A stretch of 64,000 nucleotides of DNA from Scyliorhinus canicula (taxonomy: Eukaryota). This document shows, piece after piece, positions 1 to 12,522 of the stretch; position 1 is the first letter of the stretch, and every line of letters starts with the position of its first letter. A model generated the notes under the pieces. It was not told where the DNA came from, ran no database searches, and was given only the letters and a program-made list of their open reading frames with translations. The DNA lies in assembly GCF_902713615.1 (NCBI RefSeq), contig NC_052175.1:9837271-9901270 (forward strand), in the 5' to 3' direction. The position numbers and the translations under genes are program-made.

Positions 1-2428
1 ATCATAAGTACTCCGCCCCCAATGATAAGCCTTGCCCTGCCGTATGGCCCTATCCCTCTCCATTGCAATAGTGAAAGACACCGAATTGTGATCACTATCT
101 CCAAAGTGCTCTCCCACAAACAAATCTAACACTTGGCTCTGTTCATTACAAAGTACCAAATCCAATGTGAGGAAATGTGAGTTGAATGGACAAGAACCCT
201 CTTGTCGACCAATCCACATATTGTGCCAGGAAACCCTCCTTCACACACTGAACAGAAACTGCCGCATTTGAACTGTTCGATCTATAGAGGTTCCAATCAA
301 TATTTGGAAAGTTAAAGTCATCCATGACAACTACCCTGAGACCTCCATATCCATACTCTGTTTTGCAATTTCTTCCTCCATATCTCTATTACTATTTGGG
401 GGCCTATAGAAAACTCCTAACAATGTGACCGCTCCTTTCCTATTTCTAACTTTGGCCCATATTACCTAAGTAGACAGATCCCCTTCAAACTGCCTTTCTG
501 CAGCCGTTAAACTATCCTTGATTAACAATGCTACTCCTCCACCTCTTTTACCACTTTCCTACTCTTACTGAAATATCTATACCCCAGAATGTCCAACAAC
601 CATTCCTGTCCCTGTTCTAACCATGTCCCCGTAATGGCCACAACATCGTAGTCCCAAGTACCAATCCATGCTCCAAGTTCACCTACCTTATTCCGGATGC
701 TCCTTGCATTGAAGTAGACACACTTCAACCCACCTTTCTGTCTGCCGGTACACTCCTGCGACCTTGTTACCCTCCTCAGTACCTCACTACTCTCAACACT
801 GGCTTCTGGACTACAGCTCGTTTTCCCATGCCCCTGACAAATTAGTTTAACCGCCCCCCCCCCCCCCGCCCCGAAGAGCCGTAGCAAATTTCCCTCCCAG
901 GATGTTGGTGCCTCTCTGTTTCAGGTGCAAACCGTCCTGTCTGTACAGGCCCCACCTTCCCCAAAAGGTGCTCCAATTATCCACGTACCTGAAACCCTCC
1001 CTCCTACACCATCCCTGCAGCCACGTGTTTATCTTCACTCTCTCCCTGTTCCTCACCTCACTAGCACCGGCAACAAACCAGAAATGACAACATGGTTTGT
1101 CCTGGCTCTCAACTTCCACCCTAGCTCCCTAAATTCCTGTTTTAAATCCCCGTCCCTTCTATTACCCATGTCGTTGGTACCAATGTGTACCACGACTTGT
1201 GACTGTTCCCCCTCCGTCTCATGGATTCTGAAAACACAGTCCGAAACTTTACAGACCCTGGCACCTGGGAGGCAACATACCATCCATGAGACTCTCGTGC
1301 CGCATAACCGTCTATCTGTCCCTCTAACTATCGAGTCCCCATTAACTATTGCTCTCCTGCTCTCCCTCCTTCCCTTCTGAGCCACATGGCCGGACTCAGT
1401 GCTGGAGATCCATTCACTGTGGCTTACCCCTGGTAGGTCATCCCCTTCAACAGCATTCAAAACGGTATACTTGTTACTGAGGGGAACAACCACAGAGGAT
1501 CCCTGCACTGACTGCTTCCTCCCAGCTCCTCTCACTGTCACCCATCTATCTTGATTCTGCGGAGTAACTACATCCCTGAAGTTACTATCTATGACGACCT
1601 CTGCCTCCCGAATTCATCCACCTCCAGCTCCTGTTCAAAAACGCGGTTTATGAGGAGCTGCAGATGGGTGCACCTCCCACAGGTGAAATCAGCAGGGACA
1701 CTGACGGCGTCTCTCACCTCAAACATTCTGCAGGAGGAACATTGCACTGCCTTCCCTGCCATCCCCAATAGATAAAAAAAAGAAAAAGAAAGAAAGAGCT
1801 TACCTGTTATTCACTCTACCTCTTGGGTTGGAGGAGGTGGAAGGGTGGGAGACACTACAAATATAGTGTCTAGGGTTTAGGAACTGCCCAACTTAAATAC
1901 AGGTAAAAATAAAACAGTTAACCAGCAAACACTACACCCCACCCAAGAACAGCAATCAGCTGTTATGGGCCTGCGCAAACAATTTAAATCTTTACTACTT
2001 ACCCAGCAATAACTCTGTCCTCTCTCCGACCGGATTCAGCTGGAAACAGTAAGTTTAAAAAAAAATTACACCCCTACTCAGCAAACACTCACTCAGCAAC
2101 CACTGCGCCCCAACAGGATAACACCTCAGAGAAAGGAAAAACTACTTACCAGTCACCAGCCAATCAATTACCTGCAGGCTGTGAGGTCACGGTTCAACTT
2201 CTTTCTCCTTCTACCTGCCCTCTAGTCTCCCTCTTCACCTTTACTCAGCTGGGATCCTTACAGTGATTGTTTTATTTTGGTTAGACGAGGAGTTTAGGGT
2301 TCAACTGTCACTTGATAACAGCTCCTCCTCAAACCACCGTCAAGATGCGGTGACCGCAATGCACTGATGCAAATTTTCCCTGCAACAGCCAATCAGCAGC
2401 TGCTCTCTACTGCCCTCTGCTGGATGCT
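1..2428 (-). mobile_element. CR1 LINE, 5' part (5' UTR, ORF1, start of ORF2); runs off the window start
   Basis: ORF1 starts MAGKAVQCSSCRMFEV...FTCGRC (CxxC..CxxC, ATG at 1762). It continues into the SGNH esterase motifs GDSIVRG and VVVHIGTND (ORF 1053..1541). ORF2 endonuclease start KCVYFNARSIRNK is in ORF 531..887. The 5' end matches 59712-59850 in reverse complement. Frameshifted. Confidence 0.92.
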
Positions 2429-2499
2429 TTCCTTCACTTGAACATGGACGGTGTCTTGCTCAGGTACACGTTCTGGATGCAGTGACCGCAATGCACTGC

Positions 2500-3370
2500 T
2501 GCAAATTTTCCCCGCAACACGATCCAAACACAATCTCTGCCACTTTCTCTCCCTTCCTCCTCAGGTCTATACTTAACCGATATCCATCCCTGCCCATCCA
2601 ATAGCCCATCTATGATCCTCTCTCCCTCTCTGTCTCTTTCTCTTCTCCCAGGTCCATATCTATCCAAAACTACACCTCTACATATCCAATATTCCATCGC
2701 TGTCTATCCTTTTTATAAATTTAGAGTCCCCAATTCATTTTCTCTAATTAAGGGGCAATTTAGCGTGCTCAATCCATCTCCCCTGCACGGATTTTAGGTT
2801 GTGGGGGCGAAACTCATGCAAACACGGGGAGAATGTGCAAACTCCACACGGGCAGTGACCCAGAGCCGGAATCGAACCTGGGACCTCGTCGCCATGAGGC
2901 AGCAGGCTAACCACTGCCAGCCGTGCTGCCCCGCGGCCTATCTAATACTACACCTCTAACTATGCACTATTCCATCACTGCCTGTCCACTACTCCATCTC
3001 TACCTATCCAATACTCCACGTCTACCTATCCAATACTACACCTCTACCTATCCAATCTTCCATCTCTACCTATCCAATACTCCACGTCTACGTATCCAGT
3101 ACTATATCTCGAACTATCCAATATAATGTGTCTCCCTATCCAATAGCCCATCTCTGCGCCTATCTTCCTTTCTGTCTCTTTCACTCTCCTCTCCTCCACA
3201 ATTCCATACCTATCCAATAGCACATCTCTACCTGTTTAATAACCCATCGTTGCTCCTCTCTCCCTCTTTCTTTCACTCTCCCCTCCTCCTCAGCGCTAAA
3301 CGTCCTGATATCCAATAACCCATCTTTCTCCCTCTCTCCCTCTCTGCCTCTTTCTCTCCCCATCTCCCAG
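2500..3370. repeat. Pyrimidine-rich low-complexity tract with recurrent (C)TATCCAATA units, split by a SINE
   Basis: Many ctacctatccaata-like units; inverted counterpart at 22790-23290. Confidence 0.75.
2735..2931 (-). mobile_element. tRNA-derived SINE (HE1-like), 3'-truncated
   Basis: Reverse complement reads gggcagcacgg...gcagtggttag (A box) and ggttcgattcc (B box), followed by the shared SINE body. Confidence 0.85.
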
Positions 3371-3379
3371 CTCTATAAC

Positions 3380-3790
3380 TTTTTAAAAAAATATTCATTT
3401 ATGGGTTGTGGTTCGGCCAGAATGCATTCCCCATCCCTAGTTGCCCTTCGGAAGGTGATGATGAGTTGCCTCATTTGACTCCTGCAGTCCTTCAGGGGCA
3501 GGTATATTCACTGATGTGTTAGGAAGGGAGTTCCAGGATTTTGCTGGGGACCTCTGGGGGAGACCGAGATGGATCATCCACTCCGTACTTCTGTCTGATG
3601 ACTCAGACTTGCCCCTTGCACGTATGTGCTGGACTCCTGCATCATTGAGGATGGGGATATTTGTGGAGCCTCCTCCTCCAGTGAGTTGTTCAATTGCACA
3701 TCGTAATTCACGACTGGATGTGGCCGATCTTCAGAGCTAATCTGATGCGTTGGTTGTGGAATCGCTTCACTTGCCGACCTCACACAGCGA
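3380..3790 (-). mobile_element. LINE fragment (L2/CR1 superfamily), 3' end joined to an internal piece
   Basis: The motif cccatccctagttgcccttcggaagg recurs at 5755-5822. It resembles a common chondrichthyan LINE 3' end recalled from memory, so the family assignment is uncertain. Confidence 0.5.
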
Positions 3791-4250
3791 GATACCCCCC
3801 TACACACACACACTCCCAAACCCACACCCACCCACACAGCCACATGCACACGGGCACATATACATTCACACAAGACACACATGGACAGACACACACGGAC
3901 AGACACAGGGACGCAAACAAACATATACAGACAGACATATGCCCACGTCCACCCACGCGCATACACATACACTAGATATACACGACACACACACTTAGAT
4001 ACACCGCCAGACAGACATAGAAAGTCAAGCACACAGACAAACACTTCCATAGGCACATATACCACAGTGACGCACCGACACGCACACGTACACACACAGA
4101 GAGACACGCACACAGACATACAAACTCACGCAGACAGCGAAACACGCATATAGACTCACAAAGGCGCATACACACGCAGAACCCCCCCCCCCCCCCCCCC
4201 CCCCCCGCCTCCCCACATAGATGCACACACACAAACACACAGAGACGAAC
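3790..4250. repeat. Degenerate (CA)n microsatellite with a poly-C run at about 4183-4206
   Basis: Direct inspection. Confidence 0.95.
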
Positions 4251-4359
4251 ACCCTTCTTCAGTTGTGGAGAACCTGGTTAACCCGGACCTGGAGTCTTCT
4301 GATCAGTTTCAGTCTCTGTTCAGAATCACAGTTTTTTTTCACAGAGGGAATGAAACGAA

Positions 4360-4640
4360 GTTTCATCAGGTTCCTTCCTGGGATGTTGGGAGTGTCTTAC
4401 CAAGAGAGATTGGCCACACTAGCCCAGTATTCTTCACAGTGACGATGTGATCAGATTGAGAAATATAAAATGCTGACAGGGATACACAGCCTTGCTGCAG
4501 GTTAAATGTTCTCCCTCGTTGGTGAGTTCTGAGTCATGTTTGGGGAGCGGGGGCGCAATATCAAATAGAGAGAAACCATTTAGGACAGAGATGAGGATAT
4601 TTTGTTACTCAATGATTGATGAATATTTGAAATTCTCAGT
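4360..4640 (+). mobile_element. Decayed CR1 3' fragment
   Basis: Translates to RFLPGMLGVSYQERL, similar to the CR1 ORF2 C-terminal RMLPG..SYEERL. Confidence 0.65.
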
Positions 4641-4817
4641 AATACTAATATAATAATTGCTTATTGTCACAACTTGTCTTCAATGAAGTTACAGTGAAAA
4701 GCCCCTAGTCGCCACATTCCAGCGCCTGTGCAGGGAGGGGATTACGGGAACTTAACCCGCGATGCTGTCCTTGTTCTGCATTACAAGCCAGCTGTTTAGC
4801 CTACTGTGCTCAACCAG
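4640..4817 (-). mobile_element. Short tRNA-derived SINE with a Rex1/Babar-type tail
   Basis: Minus strand ctggttgagcacagtagg...gggttaagttcc, tail cttttcactgta...gtgacaataa plus (TTA)n. The tail matches the LINE 3' end at 17810-17845. Confidence 0.75.
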
Positions 4818-5074
4818 AGGGCTGTGGGAGCTCACTAATTGAGTTTGATTGTGATTGAATACGTGTGTACCGGCAGTTATGTGTGTCTGTAGCAGGTGAG
4901 TTATCACCACCTTCCAGCTTTCCCCTCAATGTCACTCAATATGTATTTATGGATATTAAGCAGATTGTTCTGAAGAAAAAGGGGTCCACATGTTTATTTG
5001 AGATAGAAGAGTCCAGATGAGAGAGGAGAGCAATGGTTTTATAAACACACCACAAAACGCTGAGCAACATAAAT

Positions 5075-5404
5075 TTCATACAATTTACAGTGCTGAATGT
5101 GGCCATTCGGCCCATCGAGTCTGCACCGGCTGTTGGAAAGAGCACCCGACCCAGGACCACACCTCCACCCTTAACCCCAATACCCTAAGGGCACTTTTGT
5201 ACACTAAGGTCAACTTAGCATGGCCAATCCAGCTAACCTGCACATCTTTGGACTGTGGGAGGAAACCGGAGCACCCGGATGAAACCCACGCAGACACGGG
5301 GAGAACGTGCAGACTTCGCACAGACAGTGACTCAAGCCGGGAATCGAACCTGGGACCCTGGAGCTGTGAAGCAATTGTGCTAACCACAATGCTACCGTGG
5401 TGCC
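5075..5404 (-). mobile_element. Full-length HE1-like SINE
   Basis: A and B boxes, conserved body, tail gactcgatgggccgaatggcc...cactgtaaattgtatga. Confidence 0.92.
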
Positions 5405-5949
5405 CTAAAGTGCAACATAAGTAGATCAAACCGAAAAAAACCCAAAACATAAATATGATTCTAGGAGATAACAATGACAATAAATGAAGAGAAATGTGTA
5501 TAGGTATCTTCATACCATGTGGTTGAAAGGATGGATACCATTATGGCTTTTGTTTAAATGCTCCTCCTCCTATTACTACTACACTAAGAACACCACTAAT
5601 CATACTTTAAAAACAGCAGTAGCTATAATGTAAAGGCATTGGTGGAAATGCAAAGAATTCCATGTACATTATTTCAGAAGAAAGGTTGCACATTTCAGAA
5701 GGGTAAACAGTGAAGAGGGAAAGTATGTGGCAATCTGATGGCAGTGTCAAATTTACGGGATGTGGGCATTGCTGGTTAGGCCAACATTTATTGTCCATCC
5801 CTAGTTACCCTTCAGAAGGGCCCTGTTCACACGTAGCACAATAATTTATCGGGAGGAGCTAGAGACGGTCGAATTGTGGTCAGACTAAATCTAGGTGACA
5901 GAGCAGGGTAGAGTAACTAATGAATTCCTCTGCAAACACAGCAGGATGT

Positions 5950-5955
5950 TTTATT
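5950..5955 (-). terminator. Probable poly(A) signal of GPCR gene A
   Basis: AATAAA on the minus strand, at the homologous position to AATAAA 21351-21356 of gene B within a conserved 3' UTR. Confidence 0.6.
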
Positions 5956-6301
5956 CACTGATTGGACAGAGTGTGGAACTTGCTCCTGGGTTGCTGAATT
6001 GATGAGAATATCTCAGAAACATTGATCATTGACTTTGGAATACGGACCGATTCAATGGAGGGACTGAGAAAGCTGGTTAACTGCGAACATCCCCATATCC
6101 CAGGAGGGTCTCTGATAGGCTGAATTCTCAGTGTTCCGAGTTAGCTGAGGGGCTGTAAATCAGCGACTGGCTGGACCTCCTGATTGGCTGAAAGACTGCC
6201 GAAAAGTGACTGGAGCTCCTGATTGGCTGGGATGATGCAGGTCAGCGGTGGAGCTCCTGACTGGCTTAGCGGGGCAGTCAGTCCCGATTTGAGGAGCTCT
6301 G

Positions 6302-7203
6302 TCAGTTGTATTTATTGATTAGCTTCCTAATTGATGTAACCGGATATGTCACCGCGATCTTGACCTGCTCCCTGAACTTGGACTGAGTTATCACATAAAT
6401 AATTGTATTTGTGCAGCAATTTAAATCTAGCAGCATATATCCAACTACCTGTAAATTATATTGAGATTCAGTGAGGTCAATTACTCCCCTCAAATCAAAA
6501 TAGATCACGTTAAATTCAAACACTGTCCAGAGGGCAATGAACGTTCCGGAGAGGCTGAAGAGTAAAATTATTGACTTCCTTCTGCTCTCCATCTCTGGAT
6601 CTCTGCGTTTGTCTCCCTGACTCTGAGCCTTCAGTGTCTTCCGGACACGACTGGTGATTATAATGTGTCTGACTGTCAGAGCGTTGATCAACAGGATTAT
6701 GCCGAATGGGATCAATGGGCTTGTAATCTGAGCAAACAAGATAAATGAGACCCACATGGGGTCAGTGAAAAAGCTCATCTTTCTCTGACAGCCCCACTGG
6801 ACATTGTCGATTGTCTGCATAGGTTCATATAAAAAGTACCAGGGGATGTTTCTGACACAGACCACGATGCAGGTTATTGACAGAACCACAGCCACAGTTC
6901 TCTCTGTGCAATATTTAGTTTTCAGTTTCGGGCAGCAAATGGTCACAAATCGGTCAAAGGAGAAAGTGACGGTGAACCAGACAGAACAGTGCGCGGCTGA
7001 AGAAATCAGGACGTCTGAAAGGCTACACAGTGTGGTGAGGTTCAGAAAATTCCAGTGGAAATGATAAAGATTCATCTTGTTCAGTACGGGGCAAGTGATA
7101 ATAAACACCAGATCCGCCACCGCCATGGCTATCATGTAGCGCGTGGTGCAGGTAGAGAGGCCACACTTTCCCCGACACAGAATCACAATTCCCAATAAAT
7201 CAA
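6302..7203 (-). CDS. GPCR gene A exon 2: class A GPCR, GPR139/GPR142-like family (322 aa when spliced)
   Basis: Intact ORF with AVADL (D2.50), C3.25, FDRF, ECL2 Cys and NTIIY. Acceptor ctctctgatag|TTGAT at 7204/7203 is phase 1 and joins exon 1 as ...GVP-V-DLLGIVIL. Confidence 0.92.
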
Positions 7204-7246
7204 CTATCAGAGAGAAGAGAGAACAGTCTGGAAATTATTATTTATT

Positions 7247-10200
7247 TAAAAAAAAAATTTTATTCAAATTTTAAAACTACAAATTTTCTCCCAACAATAA
7301 AATAAACAAGGTTTAAAAATAAACAGAAAGAACCCCCCCCCCCCCAATACAAAGCAATAAATTAATAAAAATACAAAAAAAACAAGAAAGTGGCAAAACA
7401 AACAGTCGCAGAAACAAACCCCCTTAAAAGATCCCAAACCCCCCTTACCCTCCTGCCCCCCCCCCACCCCACCCCCCAGGCTGCTGCTGGGATTGACCAC
7501 CCTCTAACCCTCCATCAGAAAATCGAGAAAGGGCTGCCACCGCCGGAAGAACCCTTGTACCGATCCCCTCAGGGCAAACTTGACCTTCTCCAGCCTGATG
7601 AACCCGGCCATGTCGTTAATCCACGCCTCCAGGCTCGGGGGCTTCGCGTCCCTCCACTGTAAAAGAATCCTACGCCGGGCTGCTAGAGAAGCAAAGGCCA
7701 GGATACAGGCCTCTCTCGCCTCCTGCACTCAAGGCTCAGATGCTACCCCAAAGATCATGAGCCCCCAGCCTGGTTCCACCCTGGAGCCGACGACCTTGGA
7801 AAAGGTCCCCGCCACTCCCTTCCAAAACCCCTCCAACGCCGGACACGCCCAGTACATGTGGGTCTGATTCGCTGGGCTCTCCGAACACCTTCACCACCTG
7901 TCCTCTCCCCCAAAGAACCGGCTCATCCTGGCCCCAGTCATGTGCGCCCTATGCAGCACCTTCAGCTGAATTGAGCTGAGCCGTGCGCAAGAAGAGGACG
8001 AATGTACCCTCCCCAGTGCGTCAGCCCAAGTCCCCTCGTCGATATCCTCCCCTAGCTCCACCTCCCACTTCGCTTTCAGCTCTTCCACCGCGGTCTCCTC
8101 CTCCTCCTGCATCAACTGATAAATTGCCGAGATCCTACCCTCACCGACCCACGTCCCCGAGAGCACCCTGTCCTGCATCCCACTTGGTGGCAATAGCGGA
8201 AACTCTGCCACCTGCCGCTTAACAAACGCCCTAATCTGCATATACCTGAATATATTCCCGGGGGGAGACCCCACTTCCCCTCCAACTCGTCTAAAGTCAC
8301 AAACTTCCCATCGAGGTAAAGGTCCCCAATCCGCCTGATCCCTGCCCTGTGCCAACTCAAAAACCCACCATCTATTCTCCCTGGTGCAAATCGGTGATTG
8401 CCCCTTATCGTGGCCCACACTGAGGCCTTCAATTCCCCCCTATGCTGCCTCCACTGCCCCCAAATTTTGAGGGAAGCCATCTCTCCTGGACTCGCAGAAT
8501 ACTTTGCCGGGGGGAGTGGGAGCGGTGTCGTCACCAGCACCTCCAAACTCGTGCCCACACAGGACGCCACCTCCATCCTGTTCCATGCGGCACCCTCCCC
8601 CTCCATCACCCACCTACGTATCATTGCCACATTCGCAGCCCAGTAGTACCCACACAAGTTGGGCAACGCCAACCCGCCTACCTCCCTGCCTTGCTCCAGG
8701 AACACCCTCCTCACCCTCGGGGTCTTCCGCGCCCACACAAACCCCAGCATACTCCTATTAACCCTTCTAAAAAAGCCTTCAGGGTCAATGTGGGGAGGCA
8801 CTGGAAGAGAAACAAAAACCTCTGGAGCACCGTCATCTTAACTGACTGGACCCTACCCGCACCAACGGGTCCCACCTCCTGAACCCCTCCTCCATCTTTT
8901 CCACCAACCGCAAAAAAATTAGCCTGTGCAGGGCCCCCCCAGCTCCTAGCCATCTTAACCCCATGATATCTGAAGCTCCTCACCACCCTCTTCAACGGGA
9001 GCTCTCCTATCTCCCTCTCCTGGTCTCCCGGGTGCAGGACAAACAGCTCACTCTTCCTCACGTTGAGCCTATAGCCTGAAAAATCCCCAAACTCCCAAAG
9101 TATCTTCAGCACCTCTGGCACCCCCCACCGCCGGATCCGCAATGTACAACAGTAAATCATCTGCGTACAGCGACAACTGGTGCTCCTCCCCCCCCCTCCC
9201 CCCCCCCCCCCCCCCCCCCCCCCCACAGCACAAGCTCCCTCCAGTTCTTCGAGTCCCTGAGCGCCATGGCCAAGGGCTCAATCGCTAACGTGAAGAGCAG
9301 GGGAGACAATGGGCACCCCTTCCTCGTCCCCCCGGGACAGCCGAAAGTCCTCTGCCCTCCTCCCATTCATCACTACGCTCGCTACCGGGGCACTATACAG
9401 CAGCCTCCCCAGCTAATGAATCCCTCACCAAACCCAAATCTCCTCAACACTTCCCACAGGTAGCTCCACTCCACTCTATTTAAAGCTTTCTCTGCTTCCA
9501 TTGATGCTACTATTTCTGCCTCCCCAGCCGCCGACATCATTATAACATTAAGAAGCCGGTCCACATTGACATTCAGCTGCCTCCGCTTCACAAACCCCGT
9601 TTGGTCCTCGTGTATAACCATCGGGACCACATCTTCCACCCTCCTTGACAGTATCTTGGCCAACAGCTTCGCGTCCACGTTGAGGAGCGGGCTCGGCCTG
9701 TAAGACCCACACTGGAGAGGGTCCTTATCCCACTTCAGGATCAGTGAGATTATTGCTCTAGACATCGTTGGGGGCAAAGCCCCACCCCCGCCCTCACCTC
9801 ATTCAGGGTCCTCACAAGCAGCGGGCCCAGCAGATCTGAGAATTTATTGTAAAACTCCACCGGGAACCCATCAGGCTCCGGTGCTCCCCAGTGCCTCTAT
9901 CAGCTCCTCCAACAAGGTTGGGGCCCCCAGACCCTCCACCCGCTCATCCTCTACTCTTGGGAACTCCAGCTTATCCAGAAAGCGGTCCATCCCGCCACCT
10001 CACTAGGGGGCACCGACCGGTACAGCTCCTCGTAAAAGGATCCCTACCACTCAACACCAGGTTCCCTTCTGCATCTGTGACTCCCCCTATCACTCTCGCT
10101 GCCTCCCGTTTCCGGAGCTGGTGGGCCAGCATCCGACATGCCTTCTCCCCGTACTCATATACCGCCCCCTACGCCCTCCTCCACTGTGCCTCTGCCTACC

Positions 10201-12522
10201 GGGTGGTCAGTATATTGAACTCCGCTTGGAGACTGCAACGCTTCCTCAAAAGCCCCTATTCCGGGACATTCGCATAACCTCCTGTCCACCCTTTCCATTT
10301 CTTCCACTAGGCTCTCCCTCTCCCCCCTCTCCCTGTGCGCCCGAATAGAAATCAGCTCCCCTCCAACCACCGCCTACAGCACTTCCCAGACCACCCCAAC
10401 TTGCACCACCCCGTTGTCATTGGCTTCCAAATACCCCTCTTTACCCCTACGGACCCGCCCACATACTTCGTCCTCTGCCAGCAGCCCCACATCTAACCTC
10501 CACAGCGGGCACTGATCCTTCCCCTCCCCCAGCTCCAGGTCCACCGAATGCGGAGCATGGTCAGATATGACTATCGTCGAATACTCTGCCCCTACCACCC
10601 TCGGGATTAGCGCCCTGCTGAGGACAGAAAAATAAATCCGGGAATGGAATTGTGGACATGGGAGAAAAAGGAACACTCTATACTCCCCGGCTTCAAACAC
10701 CTCCAAGGGTCTACCCCTCCCATCTGATCCATAAACCCCTTCAACACTGTGGCCGCCGCCAGCCTCTTACCCGTCCTTGACCACGAACGATCCAGGGCTG
10801 GATCCAACACAGTGTTAAAATCCCTTCCCAATGTCAAGCTCCCCACCCCATCTCCAGTTCCGGGATCCGGCTCAACATTCGCCACATGAAGCCCGCATCA
10901 TCCCAGTTGGGGGTGTTCACATTAACCAGAACCATCCGCTCCCCTTGAAGTCTACCACTCACCATTACATATCTACCTGCACTGTCCACCACCACACTCG
11001 ACGTCACAAACGAAAAGCTCTTGCCAACTAAAATCGGCACGGCTCGATTCTTTGCATCCAGCCCCGAGTGAAACACCTGCCCAACACAGCCTCTTCTCAG
11101 CTTCACCTGATCCGCCACCTTAAGCTGCATATCCTGGAGCATAGATACATCCTCTCCCAGCCCCTTCAGATGCGCCAAGACCCGGGACCGCTTCACCGGT
11201 CCATTCAGCCCCCTCACATTCCAAGTGACCAGCCGAATCTGAGGGTCTTCCCCTCCCTCTGTGCCCGTCAGCAACAGCTCTCCCTCGGCTCACCACATTC
11301 CCGCAGCACCCCCAATGCCCGTTCCCAAGGTGGCAGACACCCCTCCCAAACCCCCCATCACCAGCAGTTCCCCTTTGGCCGCTCCAGCAGTAACCCGGTA
11401 CATCCCTATTCCCCCCAAAACTCCCCCCCCCAAGCTAGGCACCCCTAGCTGCATAACCCCTTCCATTGTACTTCCGTAAGTCAGCCGACTCCTGCTGAAC
11501 CTGGCTGCACCCACCCTCCCAACGAACCCCCCCCCAATGAAACACAAGCATCAATCTCCCCATCCGAGTGCTGGTCCCGCCCACTGCTCCTCCAGCGCGG
11601 GAGGAAAACCCCCTTCCATCACAAACCCCACCCCCCGACCCAACACACGGGAAAAGATGGGCACATGACCCAACGGGACCGCGAAACGCTCTGCAGCCCA
11701 TTACCAGTGGAAAAAACACCCAAATAAACAAATAACAGTCCGGAAAAGCGAAAAAGCAGAACAGCTAAAAGGCATCATCAAATACAACCAATAAAAGCGA
11801 AAGGATACCAAGGAGGACAATGCCTCCGGGCTGCATACATCATTCCCCAGCCCCCAGTCCTCAGTTCGAGTCCAGCTTCTCTGCCTGGACGAAGGCCCAG
11901 GCATCCTTCGGGGAGTCAATGTAGAGCTGGCGGTCTTTGTAAGTGACCCAGAGGCGAGCCATTGTAGCAGGTCGAACCTCACCTACTTCTTGTGAAGCAC
12001 TGCCTTCGTCTGATTACAACCAGCTCTTCTCTTTGCCACCTGCGCACTCCAGTCCTGATAGATCCTGATCTCCGCATTTTCCCACTTACTGCTCCTCTCC
12101 TTCTTTGCCCATCTCAGCACACACTCACGGTCGACAAAGCGGTGAAAACAGACCAGCACCGCCCGAGGCGGCTCGTTCGGCGAGGTCTTAAACGGTTCCA
12201 GGATGTCAGCCTTCAGCTCTCTGAAACAGCGCTGAAGCAGCACCTGCCGCTCCTGCGCCCACTGCTGCCACGCTGCCGGTTCCCCGCCCGCCGCCATCTT
12301 GTTTCTCCTGCCTCGCACCTTTCTCTGCTCCGAAGCAGATTGTTTAACCGCTCCGCTCCTGGTCCAGGCCATCCACCGGTAGGTAAGCACAGTGGATGTG
12401 TTCTCACCCGGGGAAAAGTCCAACCAGCACCGATACGGGCCCTTAAACAGCCCAAAAGACGAAAATACCGGGAGCGACCGAACGTGCGGCTTTGCTCCGC
12501 ATCACCGCAACCGGAAGTCAGC
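7247..12522 (-). mobile_element. Near full-length L1-clade (L1/Tx1-like) LINE inside the gene A intron
   Basis: CpG-rich 5' UTR starting GACTTCCGG; ORF1 (11983..12423, with an internal deletion); endonuclease TWNVRGLN and SDHAP; [11 protein letters not shown] and LYADD; C-terminal CARLSSIQ; AATAAA at 7259-7264. Target-site duplication ctgga(a/c)attatttatt at 7228-7246 and 12523-12538. Several frameshifts. Confidence 0.93.

Noticed and set aside
3574-4252. Cys/Val- and His/Thr-rich ORFs
   Set aside because: Translations of the (CA)n microsatellite.
5340-5404. tRNA genes suggested by A/B boxes here and in other SINE heads
   Set aside because: They continue into SINE bodies and LINE-derived tails; no complete cloverleaf was recognised.
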